From the NCBI GenBank assembly GCA_965112155.1, contig OZ218098.1: a stretch of DNA of 64,000 bases, one strand, 5' to 3'. Below the pieces are notes generated by a model. That model did not search any database. It saw only the letters and a program-made list of their open reading frames with translations, and was not told where the DNA came from. Position numbers and translations under genes: made by a program. Positions 24,900 through 37,909 of the stretch are shown piece after piece (positions within the stretch are counted from its first letter, which is position 1; every line of letters starts with the position of its first letter). Source of the DNA: Podarcis liolepis (Eukaryota).

Positions 24900-26179
24900 T
24901 TCCCAATAGACTTTTTGTAGTTTCTCAGATTAGCTCTATTTCCTAAAATAATCAAACAGGCATTAGGCTTATGTAGTTTACATAAACTACAGGTTCTTCT
25001 CCAGCCATTTCAGTGCCTATAGTTTAAATATATCTTGTTGGGCCATGGGGAAAGCATCTGAAGGTGGTAAGTAAGGAAGGAATTCAATACAACTCTATGG
25101 AAAGTTCTTTTATGTAGACATGTATAGGATTCTTCTGAGTCTTGCTTCCAAGTCCCTCCAGGACAACTAAAGCACACAGATTCAGAACCATAAGCAGAAG
25201 TATTAAAAAGTCCACAAGGAAAACTACAAGGCTCTAATTGCTGAGAACAGATCCATAGAGACTTACTGAAGTTGACATTTGCTTTCAAGGAAACAGGTAT
25301 AGGATCATGGTGAATGGGTCATTGATTTAAATGCTATGAATGTGTCCTCACAGGAGCAGCTTTATAAATAAATCGTATATAATATCCCATATAAATACAG
25401 TATATAAAAATCATCAGGTACATGTTATCTCTGGGGCAAATATACTTAATTAGTATTTGGATTCTTATCAGAACTGAATTTTTCATGGATTAAGCTAACT
25501 GTTATTTATTTAGATTGATATGTAAGAATGTTTACACCTACATGCAAATACAGTGACTTGAATCCTGCATTCACAGAAGGGACTCTTATCAGGCCAAGAC
25601 TCCTGCTGGCAAACACAGTTGCAGAGTGGTTGTAGTTTTTTGGCCATTTTCTCTTTTCCATCTAGTCTATCATATGAGCTCATGTTGTTTCAGCAGATTG
25701 CTAAAACCCACTGGAGCAATTTTTTTTTGGGGGGGTGGGGGTGGAGGAGCGAATGGGACTGGGGGAAAAAGGGAGAATCAGCAAAAAAAATCCACAGGTT
25801 GAGCAGCCTGTTAGTGGAGGTCTGTTCATGGGAACTTGCTCTCTTGATACTTGCTCATATTGGTTTTTAATAGCTAACTGGAAGGAATAGGTGGGTGTCT
25901 CACTGTGGGAGGGGGTTCTTCATGGAAATAGTTAGTATTGTACTTCTTTAATTTTCCTCTCTGGACCCTTAGATCTGCGATACCTGCCACCCAATTGCTA
26001 ATATCCCCTTCTTTGGCAAGGCTCTCAAAAGAGCTGTGGCCATGGAACTCCAGACATTCTTGCATTTTATCTTGACCCATATCATGTGACAATAAGAAGA
26101 GCCTGCTGGATCAAGTCAATAGCCCACTCGATTTCAGCATCCTGTTCTCACAGTGGCCAGAGATGTCTGAGGGAAACAT

Positions 26180-27010
26180 GCATTTCAATCTGGTTTCAGG
26201 CCAAGGTCTGTACTAAGACGTCTTGGTTCATCCTGGTTGAATTGTATTGGGAAAGAGATGGGAACTGCAACCACATTGCTACTTCTGGATCTCTCAGCAG
26301 CTTTTGGTACCATCAGCTATGGTTTCCTGGGTTGGCTCTGAAGGGAATTGGGAGTTATATGGTTTGGCTATCTGCAAGACTGTTTCCATAGAAACAGAGA
26401 CTGTTGGGAGACTTCTACATCGGCCCTTGACAGCTATGCTATCTGTCTATATGAATGAAAACTTTGGGTGTGGTCATCAGGGGGTTTGGAACTCAAGGTA
26501 TTTGGATGACATCCATCTCAACCTCTCAATACCATCTGAACCAGATGAAGCAGTTATGGTGTTGACATGGTGGAGGCAGCAAAGGGTTGGATGAGGGTCA
26601 ATGAACTTCAGCTGAATCCTGACAAGATGGTGGCACTGTTGATGGTTGCTTCTTGTTTCTGGGAATTTGGTACATAGCTAGATGGTATCACATTCACTTT
26701 GAAAGAACAGGTGTGTAGCCCTGGATGAGCATGTGTCTGTCAGCTGCTGCTGACTCACCAACTATAGCGACTTTTCGACCAGGATAGCATTGGCACAGTG
26801 ATCCAAACTTTAGTAACCATGCCTTTAGATTACTATAATGCAAGCTGTAGGGGTTCTCTTAGAAATGGTCCAGAAGCACCAGCTAATGTACCATGCTCTG
26901 CATAGAATCCTATAATGTCTATTTCATAAAGTCTGCACTGGCTGCTTATATTTTACCAAGCTCAGTTTATGGTGTTAATACTGACTTATAAAATCTGGGA
27001 TCCTGATACT
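26180..27010 (+). mobile_element. Old L2 LINE RT/C-terminal fragment, degraded
   Basis: Remnant motifs YLDDIHL, WMRVNELQLNPDK, LDYYNA, SLHWL; colinear with the young L2 at 43523-44312; boundaries approximate. Confidence 0.7.
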
Positions 27011-27814
27011 TTTTGGAGTGCTTCTCCCCATATCAAGTGAAAAGGGCTCTAAGTTTGAGGGGATGGGTGAAGATAGAATTTCGAGGATACAGCCTTCTCT
27101 GGAGTGGCACCCAATGCTGGCCCAATACATTTTGGCACCTGAGGTGAACTACAAAATGGCGTTCCTCTTCCCACCAGGGAAGGAGATCTGCATTGGGATC
27201 TGCTGTCTCTGTGGCTATTGCCAACTGAGGTGGTCACATCACCTTGTCTCATGGCTGGGCTGGCCCTGATGGCACACAAATTGTGGAGCCTTCTCCCAAT
27301 GGAGGTGTGGCTGGATACAACCTGTCTGGAATTCTGACGTCGGGTTTCTTTCTTTCATGCCTTTCAAGAAAATTAATTGAGATTATTTCAATATGTTACA
27401 GTTCTATTATTTCTTATGGCTTAATTGGTTTTAACTGATTTTTTTGTGTGGCTCTTTAGTGCACTGTACAATATGTTGTTTTATGTATTATGTTTGAAAA
27501 CAGCTCTGTGATTGCCATATGATGAAGAGTGGTCTAGACATTTGGTTGATAACAAACAAACAAACCTTCCTTATTTTCTTGATCTGTCTTCAATAATTTA
27601 AAAGATTTAAAAAAAATTCAACAAACCTTTCTGTATCACTCTTGATTTTTGATTGCTTTCATCTGTGATTTGTGCAGAATCTCCCTTAAACACTGCTCAA
27701 GGTTCTGCAGTGTTGTGGCATGTCCAAAAACATTCAGATTGCTGATGGTACATATGATATAACATTGGAAAATATTTGCAGCCTCTGTGAGGATGATGAA
27801 AGTTCAGTATGGAG

Positions 27815-28408
27815 CATAGCTGTCAAGTGTCCCTTATTTGAAGGGACAGTCCCTTATTCCAGTGCCATGTCCCGCTGCTGTCCCTTATTGATAGATGATG
27901 TCCCTTAAATGATGTCCCTTAAATTTCAAAGGAAGCAGCTCCTCTCCCTCCCTCCCTCCCTCCCTGTCGGCCAGGGAGGAGGGAGGCTCCAGCTGTGTTG
28001 CTTGGCTGTGTTGCTCACCCAGTAAGAAGTCTAAGAACAACTGGGGGTGGAGCTTGCATGCCTTGTGTGTGGCTAGTTAATGCAAACTGAGGGGGTTTTT
28101 GAATGCTGGACGCCATTTTGTTGTACGTGCTGCTCCAAACTTTGCAGTGCAAAGCCAGGCTGGGGAGTCATCTTAAGTTGAGGCTGCATAGGCCTTGTGG
28201 GGCATGTGATTCAGTTGAACCTCTGGTTACAAAGTTGGTTCGACAGTGTTCTCAAAGCTACCAGCATGAGTTTGACCAGACTGCAGGAGGACAGGAAGAC
28301 TGGAGTGCCTGGAACAGGTGAGGCTGCAGGTCCCTTATTTTGGCTGCTGGTCCCTTATTTTCAAGGCTGCTGGTCCCTTATTTTCAAATCTGTAAGTTGA
28401 CAGCTATG
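27815..28408 (+). mobile_element. hAT non-autonomous element containing a BovB fragment
   Basis: 12-bp TIR catagctgtcaa/ttgacagctatg; TSD gtatggag/gtgtggag; subterminal gtcccttatt repeats. Confidence 0.88.
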
Positions 28409-28619
28409 GTGTGGAGACAAAGACTGCACACGGTATTTTTGTGAGACAAATAAATAATGAACAAATAGCTGCTAAGGTTCTGAGGAATAAGAGCTCAAGA
28501 ATAGGACAAACAAAGTAGATAGGATAAACATGTAAAGAAGGTAGAGGAATGAAGATTTTAAGTCAGCAGGTACCAAAGACTGGTAACCTCAGTAATGTTT
28601 TAGTGATAGAACGGCACAT

Positions 28620-29280
28620 AAAAATAACCATGTTGGATGAGACAATATGTCTATCTAGTTCAACACCAGTGGCCATCAGATGCCTATAGGAAGCCTACAA
28701 TCAGGACATGAGTGTGATGTTTCCCTCTCCAGGGCTGGCCTTCCCATGAGATTAGATGAGGCAGCCACTTCAGGTGGTGGAAAGCCAAGAGGAGGTGCCA
28801 CACAGCCATCCCACTCACCTTGCTGCCCCTGCCATTGACAGAGAAGCAGGAATGGCAATGGCAGCTTCCAGCAAGCTCTCACGAGATCTTGCTGGAATAT
28901 CACAAGATCTCACCCAAATCTCAGGAGATCTCATGTACTCTATGAGATCTCACAAGAGCTCCATGAGTTCCTGCGAGAGCGCCACAAGAACTCACTGGAA
29001 CCCATTTTTGCTCTGCAGGCCCCAGTACTCAGATGGAAAAAATAAAAATAATGTATCTAACAATAACACAGTCCCTGCCCCTCAGGCTTTTTCTCTCCCT
29101 CCCAGCAATTGGTATTTTAGAGGGATATGACTTCTGATACTACCAATAGTATATAGCACCATCATGACTTGTATCCATAGATAACCTTATCTGCCCTGAG
29201 TTTGTCTGTTTCCTTTTTTAAAGCTGTCCAAGTTGGCAGCCATCGCAACATTATCTAAGGTGAACTCCATAGTTTAACTC
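28620..29280 (-). mobile_element. Old CR1-type 3' end, interrupted by a hAT-like fragment (~28730-29030)
   Basis: Similar to 26090-26175 (tggatca..ccca.c.a.ttcagca..cagtggcca); degraded. Confidence 0.45.
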
Positions 29281-30732
29281 TTTGCTTTTGGCAGGAAGAT
29301 CTAATCTGCTCCCCTCCACCACTTATTGCAGAATTCTCCTGCCCTGAATAATATGGCTTGGCTAATCTGATTAATTGCTTTTGCAGATCCTATAATTTTT
29401 TTATATTTTAATAACTATAACCTGTTTTCACCATGTTTATTGTGTCTTGTGTCTCTTCTTTGGGTGTGATGGCAAAGTTTTAAATATCTGGTAGCAGAAT
29501 AATGCAGGCCTGAAGAGTGAATATATTTGTGTGTCATCAAATTACCCCTTCCTCTAATATTTTCCCCCTGAGACACATCCTGAATATTTATAATAATAGT
29601 GCTTGTGTTCAAATTTCATGTTAAAATACTAGTGCTGCCTCCAGTGGTTAAACAATCCAGTTTGAAATTCACATTGCAGTTTACGTTATTTGTGGGTTTT
29701 GTTTCATTTTCTGACTCTCTTTCATTAGAAATGTTGGATCTAATACATGAAACAGCCATTTTAATATCCTTTGTCCCATATTGATTTCCTATGTAGCATT
29801 AATTTCAACAAAGTCAGGACTGTTTATTCCTTCAATTTGTACAATTCATATTTGGGTACATTTCTTATAGTTAATGCTACCATTTTGCTTAACTGTGTTT
29901 CCATATCTGCACTCTGTTTTTCTGCTATGCATCTCCCCCTTCCCTTTTCTTTTCTTTTCTTTTCTTTTCTTTTCTTGGGGACTGGCATAAAAAGCAGAAT
30001 CTTTAGGACCATGCAGAAGTAACCCATACAGCTTACCACAGTCCTGCTACCTACAGGCTTTGGAGCACAGGTAATTTACAATGCAGCATAGAGTTTAGGT
30101 TCTAGTATATACTATTTAATTCTGCAAAGGTTCCAAGGAATTGCCACTTCATTTATTGCTGGCAAATAATAACTGAAGGAACAATCCATGGGGTATATCA
30201 CCTATGTGAGTCTCATTGAAAAGAACAGAATTGATACAACAATACTGAAAGAATGCCTCAGTGGATTGTTTGTCTGGTATACAGGTCAAATATACCATCC
30301 ACAACCTTAATTCTGTATTCTCAGATGTCTTTGCTCAATTTTGTCAAGCAACAGCATAATCCAAGTTTTCTCACAATAACCTTGAAACCATAGGACATCG
30401 CTCCTCGCATGGTTTTCCATTACATTACAAGGGGAGAAAGGAAAATACTGCCTGCTAAACTCTGTAACAATAAGGTACAACACTTTTTTCTTTTCACTGT
30501 TGGATACCTATTGTAGTGTGTACATTATGTGTCTCTCAGAGTTTTTTCCCACTTTCTGTATTAAATGAAAGAATTCAATTTCTTGCTGTATCCCATTTCT
30601 CGCTATATTTTCTTTCAATTACTTATATAAACTTTCACCAAGGACTAATTTATCCTCCCTTCCTTTGAGGACGGATATGCTTTGTGAATAGATGTGCTTA
30701 TTTCAAGTTAACTTTCATCACTATAATTCAAA

Positions 30733-30733
<1 letters not shown>

Positions 30734-30766
<33 letters not shown>
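30734..30766. repeat. (CA)n microsatellite
   Basis: Direct reading. Confidence 0.95.
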
Positions 30767-30773
<7 letters not shown>

Positions 30774-30819
30774 GGGCAACGGTTATGTTGCTTGTGTACT
30801 AGAAATGACTCCCTCTTTC

Positions 30820-31066
30820 TGTGAACTTTGGCAGTCATTGATTATATAAAGCCCATTGACATGTAATGGCACTTGTAATGTGGATTTTATTAGGGTAACT
30901 ATGGATATAAAATAGATTGATAATGGTAAAAGATGCAGAAATTTTAATCTTAAATATAGAAACCATGGAGGGAGGGGAGGAGGTCTGAAGGTTCAAAAGA
31001 ACTTTTTATTTTAATGTTTGAAATGGTTAAAGTTAAAATGTATAAAATTGTGAAAAACCAATAAAT
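30820..31066 (+). mobile_element. Probable L1 3' UTR fragment
   Basis: A/G-rich tract with a G-run followed by tgtataaaattgtgaaaaaccaataaa; recognised by composition only. Confidence 0.4.
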
Positions 31067-31321
31067 GTGTGTGTATATAAAGATTATATAAAGCCCAAGT
31101 TAAGCATGATGGGTGCATTTAATTTCCCTCACCAATGCAGAAAAGAAGGGGACGCTTGCCTCAGGCTGTTATCTGAGTGTTGTTGTTTTTTCCTGCCTTG
31201 TTTCTCTTTCTTCAGCAGCAGGACTGTTTTAATTGAGGGCTGCTTCGGCTTCTGAGACTGAAAAATGAAAAGATGCCACAGCTGGAGACAAATGAAAGGA
31301 TCAAGGGGATCTTTCCCTTCA

Positions 31322-31403
31322 CAATGGTGGTAAAGAGAGATGAGTGCCGCAACCCCAGAGTCAGTCACAACTGGACCTAATTGTCAGCGGTCCCTTTACC
31401 TTA
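31322..31403 (+). mobile_element. Sauria SINE 3' fragment
   Basis: gagatgagtgccgcaaccccagagtc...ccctttacctt. Confidence 0.8.
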
Positions 31404-31639
31404 ACCATTGCCCAACTCAGGTTCCCTGTCAGAGCCTGTAGCTTCCTGACTTTGAGGTTAGCATTGCTATGGGCTGTGCAGAATAGTAGCTAAATCAACC
31501 TACATGAAAGACAATTCTGATAGGATGTCTTCCTTCTTCCCATTCCGTTCTTCCTATTCCCAACAATGGCAGTCTTCCACTGCTGTGGGATAAAATAAGC
31601 AGCAGCTTTTGCTATCGGACAGCAAACAAGCTTGTGGTC

Positions 31640-32024
31640 GGCGGGTGGCACTGTGGTCTAAACCACTGAGCCTCTTGGGCTTACCAATCAAAAAGCCATT
31701 GGTTCAAATCCACACAATGGGGTGAGCTCCTGTTGCTCTGTCCTGGCTCCTGCCTACCTACCAGTTCAAAAGCACACCAGTGCAAGTAGATAAATAGGTA
31801 TCACTGTGGCAGGAAGGTAAACAGCATTTCCATGTGCTCTGGCTTCCGTCACGGTGTTCCATTGCGCCAGAAGCAGTTTAGTCATGCGGGCTACATGACC
31901 CAGAAAGCTGTAAAGCTGTCTGTGGACAAATGCCAGCTCCCTTGGCCGGAAGTGAGTTGAGTACCGCAACCCCATAGTCACCTTTGATTGGACTTAACTG
32001 TTCAGTATCTTTTAACTTTTTCTT
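31640..32024 (+). mobile_element. Sauria SINE
   Basis: Head and core motifs; 8-bp TSD ttgtggtc (31632-31639, 32025-32032). Confidence 0.9.
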
Positions 32025-33119
32025 TTGTGGTCACTAGGACAAGATGCAGACAGAATACCCATAGATGGGGTGCACCTCCCAAAGAATCCCTGTGATAGCC
32101 TGAACATTTTCCCTCTGATCCCCATCACCACTACCATCATTTTGCTTGTCTGCAGAATCAGCTCATAGACTCATAAAATTACTAGCACCCTTCCCAACTC
32201 AATGTCTTTCCAAGAGAGAAGTTTTCAACAGGACTAGATTTCTAGTTCACAGGGGGTGGGAAAACCCTCATATTTCATGCATCTTTATCCCCCTTACCTT
32301 TTCAAACTTAATAAAAGACTACACAAACTGTGCTAAAAGGTACCGCCGATGTCACTCCCATGACAAAGAATGGATAGAAGGAGGTTGGGGGAATAAACTT
32401 GACACACTTTAAGTAGATTAGCCTGCCAAGATCATATTGTGTGCACACAAGAATAAGGTGCATAAAGATGCTCTGAAGGCAGCTTTATACTTTGGACTAC
32501 AGGAGCTAAAACCCAGGGCTCAGAAGAAGAAGAAAATCATAGGTTTCCCTATTCTTCTTAATAGGTTTATCTAGGGGTTTCACTGAAGTGCTCTATTATG
32601 AAACCTAAGCTGGAATTTTCAATACCCAATTAGCTTTGAATATTACACAGGAAGAAAAAAGAAAGCCACAAAGTCTCAGGAAGGAGGGCTCCTGTGTACG
32701 CCTTGCCAAATGAGCAGCAACATTTTCTGTTCTAATGTCCAATGGTCTGGGAACGCTATTGTTGCAGGCATAATAGAGGCTTTGCTTGCCTACATTGACA
32801 GCATAGTTCCAGCAGATGGATAGATATAATACAATAAAAAACCCCATGCTTTGTTGAGTGCTTAAAAAAAAGAGAGAATCATTATGAAAAGCACTCTAGG
32901 ATACCATAATCCTCTACTTTTCTGAATACTTTTTTTGGGGATCAATAATTAAGGCATTGTTTTCTTTTAGCAACATCAAGCTGCTGTGATAGTTGCATGC
33001 TGTCAGAGATTTTTAAAAAAGTGATGTGTTTTAGTTATGTTTGTGAGAGTGCCAAGGTGAGAGCTTGATACCAGCCTTAGTTACTGTATTCAGACACAGC
33101 GCATGGAACAACTATGGGT

Positions 33120-33307
33120 TGGGGAAAGAGCATAGTACCGTGGTAAAGGATCTGCCTTGCATGAAGGTTCAACCCCTGGCATCTCCAGGTAGGGGTGGAA
33201 AATTCACCTGCCTGAGAACCTGCAGAGCTGCTGCTAGGCAGTGTAGACAATACTGAACTAGAAGTGTAAATGCTCTGACTCAGTACTATAAGGCAGCTTC
33301 CTATGTA
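33120..33307 (+). mobile_element. tRNA-derived SINE with CR1-like tail (Squam3-like)
   Basis: Degenerate A/B boxes (ggttcaacccc), cagtgtagacaatactga core, ataaggcagcttcctatgt tail; partial copy also at ~52528-52650. Confidence 0.7.
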
Positions 33308-35960
33308 TCTAAGCTGTTCCATTCACAGAAGGACTTCTGCTTGCATTGGCATACTACTAAAAGAATGACTGGAATAAAGCAAGCCCCTAGAGATATATCC
33401 TTCTGCTTAATGAAAGATTGTCTTCACGTGTTTGCCTACATAGTCTTTTATTTTATTTGCTGCTAAGGAATTATTATTTTTTATTTATATGTTATGCTAT
33501 TTACTCTAGACAGATCTATTAGCCTGTGAGTTAAATAAGGAGCCTTTTTATTACACTATTTTGTTTTAATTCCAGAAATCTATATAATTTTTAGCTGCTT
33601 ACCATTAGCTGGATTGAATGTTCTTGTGATGAAAGGCCCATTTAGACAGTACAATGAACATCAACTGGTATCAAAGAACTGATTCACATACAACATCTGT
33701 ATGCATTGTTTAGAAAAGCCCTTGGGAATGGCTCCCTGACCAGAAACTGACAGCTTTTGAGGGAGATTTTCTTATATCACCTAGTGCTTGATATGAGAGA
33801 ATAGTCTTGATGACAGCAGCTTAGTTGTTTATAAAATCAGAACCAGCGTCTATTGAGAAACGAAGCCTTATTTGGCAAATATACACAGCTAAATAAATGG
33901 CAGCATCATTTTAATTTCCTGTCACCCCGTCGCAAAGGCAAGTCTTATTAGCAATGATTCTAAAGTTCTTTTAAAGACTCAGCATGTGGCAATATTGTTG
34001 TCTGCAGAAAATCACAGATCAAATGATAAAACAGATGGATCAAATCACACAAATGCTCCGTTTCAAGAAAAACTATTTTGGATTCTCTCACAAACACTGT
34101 TTCATCCTGGAAGTCACTAAGATCCGTGTGACAGATTGAACAAAGCATCTTCTATTACTACATCAAATAGCTGCATGTTTGTTTCTTAAAGGGCTTATCG
34201 GCATAGAGGCCAATATGAATGACAAATACTTTAATTTACTTAACTGATGTTGTTACAAATCATTACAGCTTTCTAAATATGGTTTAAAGAAATGCATCTA
34301 AAACCACAGTTCTCATGGGTGGGATCCAAACTCATACATGCTTAGAATAAACATTGAAATAAATGGGACTTAAGTTTGTCAAGTGTGACAAAAGTCCCAT
34401 TGATTTCAGTGGGTCTGCTCTTACCATGTCTAAGTTTGGATCCAACATCACAGAGGTGGGGAATGAAGGCATCTGAAGATTATCTAGCCCCCTACATTAG
34501 TTTATTTTAAACATTCTTTTCTCATGGAATCCTATTCACTTCAGCTTGTCTATCAAGGGATATCTGCAAGTTGCAGATGATTAGGGGGACTGTACAATGA
34601 CACACCATCAGTTTGAACATGACTCTGACCATAATGGGGATAGTATACATCCTATCATACAGTGAACAAGTCCCTGTGGTCACACATTGCAGGGGATGGC
34701 AGAAGTGGACAAGTTGTCTTTCCTGGAAGCTTGTCTGTCATTTTTATATTATATAGGAAGGGTGAAAAAGTATGGGGCTGGTGGGTGGCAGAAGCAAAAA
34801 CAGGAGGGAAAGGGGAAAGAGAGAGAGAGAGAGAGAGAGACTTAGAAATGCTCAGGAGTCTTACACCCCTTACTTCTGTTCTTGAAAAGTCCCTTCGCAA
34901 GGCTTTGATAGTCTACCTCAAGCAGAGAGCAAAAGTGATCAGTCAAAACCAGAGGGACCCGGAAAAGAACAAATACGTTTTATGGAGCATCCTTAGCTGG
35001 CTTAGGCAAGCGTTCAAGTCATGCATCATGCTGCATGGAAGATGTGATTGCTGTCAATCAATAACGGGAAAGTCCTTCCTAACTAAACATGTAGCTGTCA
35101 ATTAAACTCCTAGGAAGGAATTCAACATAGCACTAAGCAGATTGCTTTGTCAGCACAAGCTTTTCTCCTTCCTGATTGAATTATCTTCTCTCTCATCTCC
35201 CTGCATCCTGTCCTGGCGGTTCTCAATTCATTTTTGGGGGGTAAACAATGGGGAAAGCCCTGTTACTCTACCATATGTCCTTGCATGGGCTTCTGCTAGT
35301 GGGACTGGTTGGTTGAATATGTTTTCCTCAGGCTCCAGAATGTAGATGTTTTGCAGCAATCAGTAACAATATGGATCAGGGGGCCATCCATTGATGGGAT
35401 CCAGTTAGCTGTCCTTCTTTTTCATTTGACCATACAATGTTACTTCTTACCCTTTTCTAGCTGTGATGGGGAAGTGAAGCCAGACAAGAAGGTCAAAATG
35501 TTTAAGTGGTAAGAATAGTCATAGAAACAGTATTCATCATCCGCTGCTCTTTTGAAGCCTTGGAATGCTTATGAAGCCTCATCCATCATGGCAATTACTG
35601 TCTTCAGAACTGCTACCATCTATTGATTCTGTGAATGCTCACAGGTTTGGAGGAAACTTCTTGACGACCAGAAAATATTCTGGGACATACTGGATTGGAT
35701 CCAGACTGGGCCAACTGAAATGAATGAGATTTAGGTGAGCCATAACCAAAGCTATAACCACAGTAGGCCATTCACGAAAAAGTAGGTCACTCTTTCCAGG
35801 TGTGTGTTTGTGTGCCTTCCACCCACACAAGATAGATTTCTGGAGCCATAAAATAGAAAGCTATCTCAGTGTTTCCCACCGACTTTTGTAGGTGGTGCAT
35901 GATAGGATATATTCATCGGTTGCATTGTTGTCCCCTCCCCTCAGTATGTACTGCCCCACC

Positions 35961-36100
35961 CAGTGCTTTTTTCTTTTTAAAAAAATGCTTAGGGGTACTC
36001 TCATTTTCCTACTCATATTGAGATACTGCCCCTCAATGAGGCCAAACTTAGATTCACAAAATGTTTAGGGGTATGCGTACCCCCAGAAAAAAAGCCACTG
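35961..36100. mobile_element. hAT MITE
   Basis: TIR cagtgcttttttc / gaaaaaaagccactg; perfect 8-bp TSD gccccacc. Confidence 0.88.
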
Positions 36101-36727
36101 GCCCCACCCACCAAATTTCCTGAAACCTGGGACCCACTGTGAGCATGCATGCTACTTCTGAATGCATATGTCAGCTGCATTATGGGGCAGTGTGGTGGTC
36201 AGTGCTGGCACATGCATGGGGCAAGGTGAAGTGACCACCGCAGGGTGGCTGTATTCAAAAGGCCAGCAGATCCATGTTCCAAGGAATGTGTTACCCACTG
36301 GGGCTGCTGGGGCCGCCACAGTGTCAACAATGGCTGTGGCTCACCCCTTAGAGGTTAGATCAGCCTTCTCCTTGGCAGGCCCCACCAATGCCATCTCTAA
36401 GTGGTCTCTTGTCATATGGGAGGCATTGCTGGTTGCCTTCTACCCTTATTCCCAATGTAGATATTAATGCTCCCTTCTTTCTGATGCAGCTTCTCACTCA
36501 CCCTTTCTTCTCTGGCTGGGATGCGGGCATTTTGTGGTTTGTATCAGGTGCCAAAATGTCTTAGGCCAGCCCTGGTGGTATGTCCATATAACTCAGATCC
36601 TCAAACCACTGCACTGGTGTCTGTATGCTACCCAATTCTAGATGCAAATACTAATGTATAACACTCAAAACAGCTTAGGGTCCAAGTATTTAAAGTACCA
36701 AGTCTCCCTTTTCTTGCCAGCCTATGC

Positions 36728-36840
36728 TAGGATTGCCATACATCCAGAATTTCCCAGACATATCTGGAACACTGCAGTTGGCAGTGTCTGGGCAGAAATC
36801 GGCAAAAATGTCTGGGAAGATCCAGAAGTATGGCAACCCA
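36728..36840. mobile_element. Short hAT-like palindromic MITE
   Basis: ggattgccatac...gtatggcaaccc inverted ends; internal cccagaca/tgtctggg. Confidence 0.6.
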
Positions 36841-36991
36841 TGTCGACAGTGACAACAATTTTGGCCCAAAAAATTCTAGATCATCTGTGGGATACTGTTG
36901 CATGCCAGTAGCATCTCTACACGGTTACCCTGCAAGAGAAAAAAACTCAATGGGTAAGCTCAATTGTTACCCTCCTTGACTTTTAACCATC

Positions 36992-37344
36992 ATTATGATG
37001 CTGGAGGAGACTCTTGAGAGTCCCATGGACTGCAAGAAGATCAAACCTATCCATTCTGAAGGAAATCAGCCCTGACTGCTCACTGGAAGGACAGATCTTG
37101 AAGCTGAGGCTCCAGTACTTTGGCCACCTCATGAGAAGACTCCCTGGAAAAGACCCTGATGCTGGGAAAGACTGAGGGCACAAGGAGGAGGGGACGACAG
37201 AGGATGAGATGGTTGGACAGTGTTCTCAAAGCTACGAACATGAGTTTGACCAAACTGCAGGAGGCAGTGGAAGACAGGAGTGTCTGGTGTGCTCTGGTCC
37301 ATGGGGTCGCAGAGTTGGACATGACTAAACAACTAAACATCAAC
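36992..37344 (+). mobile_element. BovB (RTE clade) LINE 3' end
   Basis: CWRRLLRVPWTARRSNLSILKEISP..YFGHLMRR..LEKTLMLGKTEGTRRRGRQRMRWLD; tail gagttggacatgactaaacaac. Confidence 0.93.
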
Positions 37345-37909
37345 AGGGTTTACATATTTCAAACAGTGAAAATCCAGATAGAAAAGATTTTTTTTGTTTA
37401 GTTGTTGCTTCTCTTTATTCAAACCTTGGGCACATAGTTTGAGCAACTCATCCACCTAAAACTAACTGATAATTGCTCCATTTACATTTTTACGCCAGAA
37501 CCTACAGACGTTTACTCAGTATTGAGTTCCACCATTTTGTTAGGACTCACGTGTAACCAAATCTATTTAAGGGTGAAACTTCAGATTTATGCATAACTAT
37601 CACAGTTGAAACCCACTATTTCCAGCATTGCATTTTGAAATTCTAAACATTTTATGCTTACACTCAGCACATATTCATATCAGGTTCTGCTTGCTGTTAC
37701 AGGAATCAGTATGTGCCTTACCAGCGCTGGTGAAAAGCAGAGCCTAAAATAACATCTTGAGGTTACAAATTTGTTCTGTGAAAGTGCTATTTGCTCCTGT
37801 CAGTTTAATGGTGGTGCTAATTCAAGACAGCCTATAAACAGACAGGGTGTGTCTTTCACCATATATCATATGTTGGAATGGGGGCTTGTTCTGAAATGAT
37901 ATTGCTGTA

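Noticed and set aside
15714-34140. Possible plus-strand exons (~15714-15787, 20657-20710, 24411-24494, ~27679-27748, ~29998-30070, ~34008-34139)
   Set aside because: Some good splice-like signals (e.g. ttttatttag/gtaagg at 24411-24494), but inconsistent phases and no recognisable product; a lncRNA cannot be excluded
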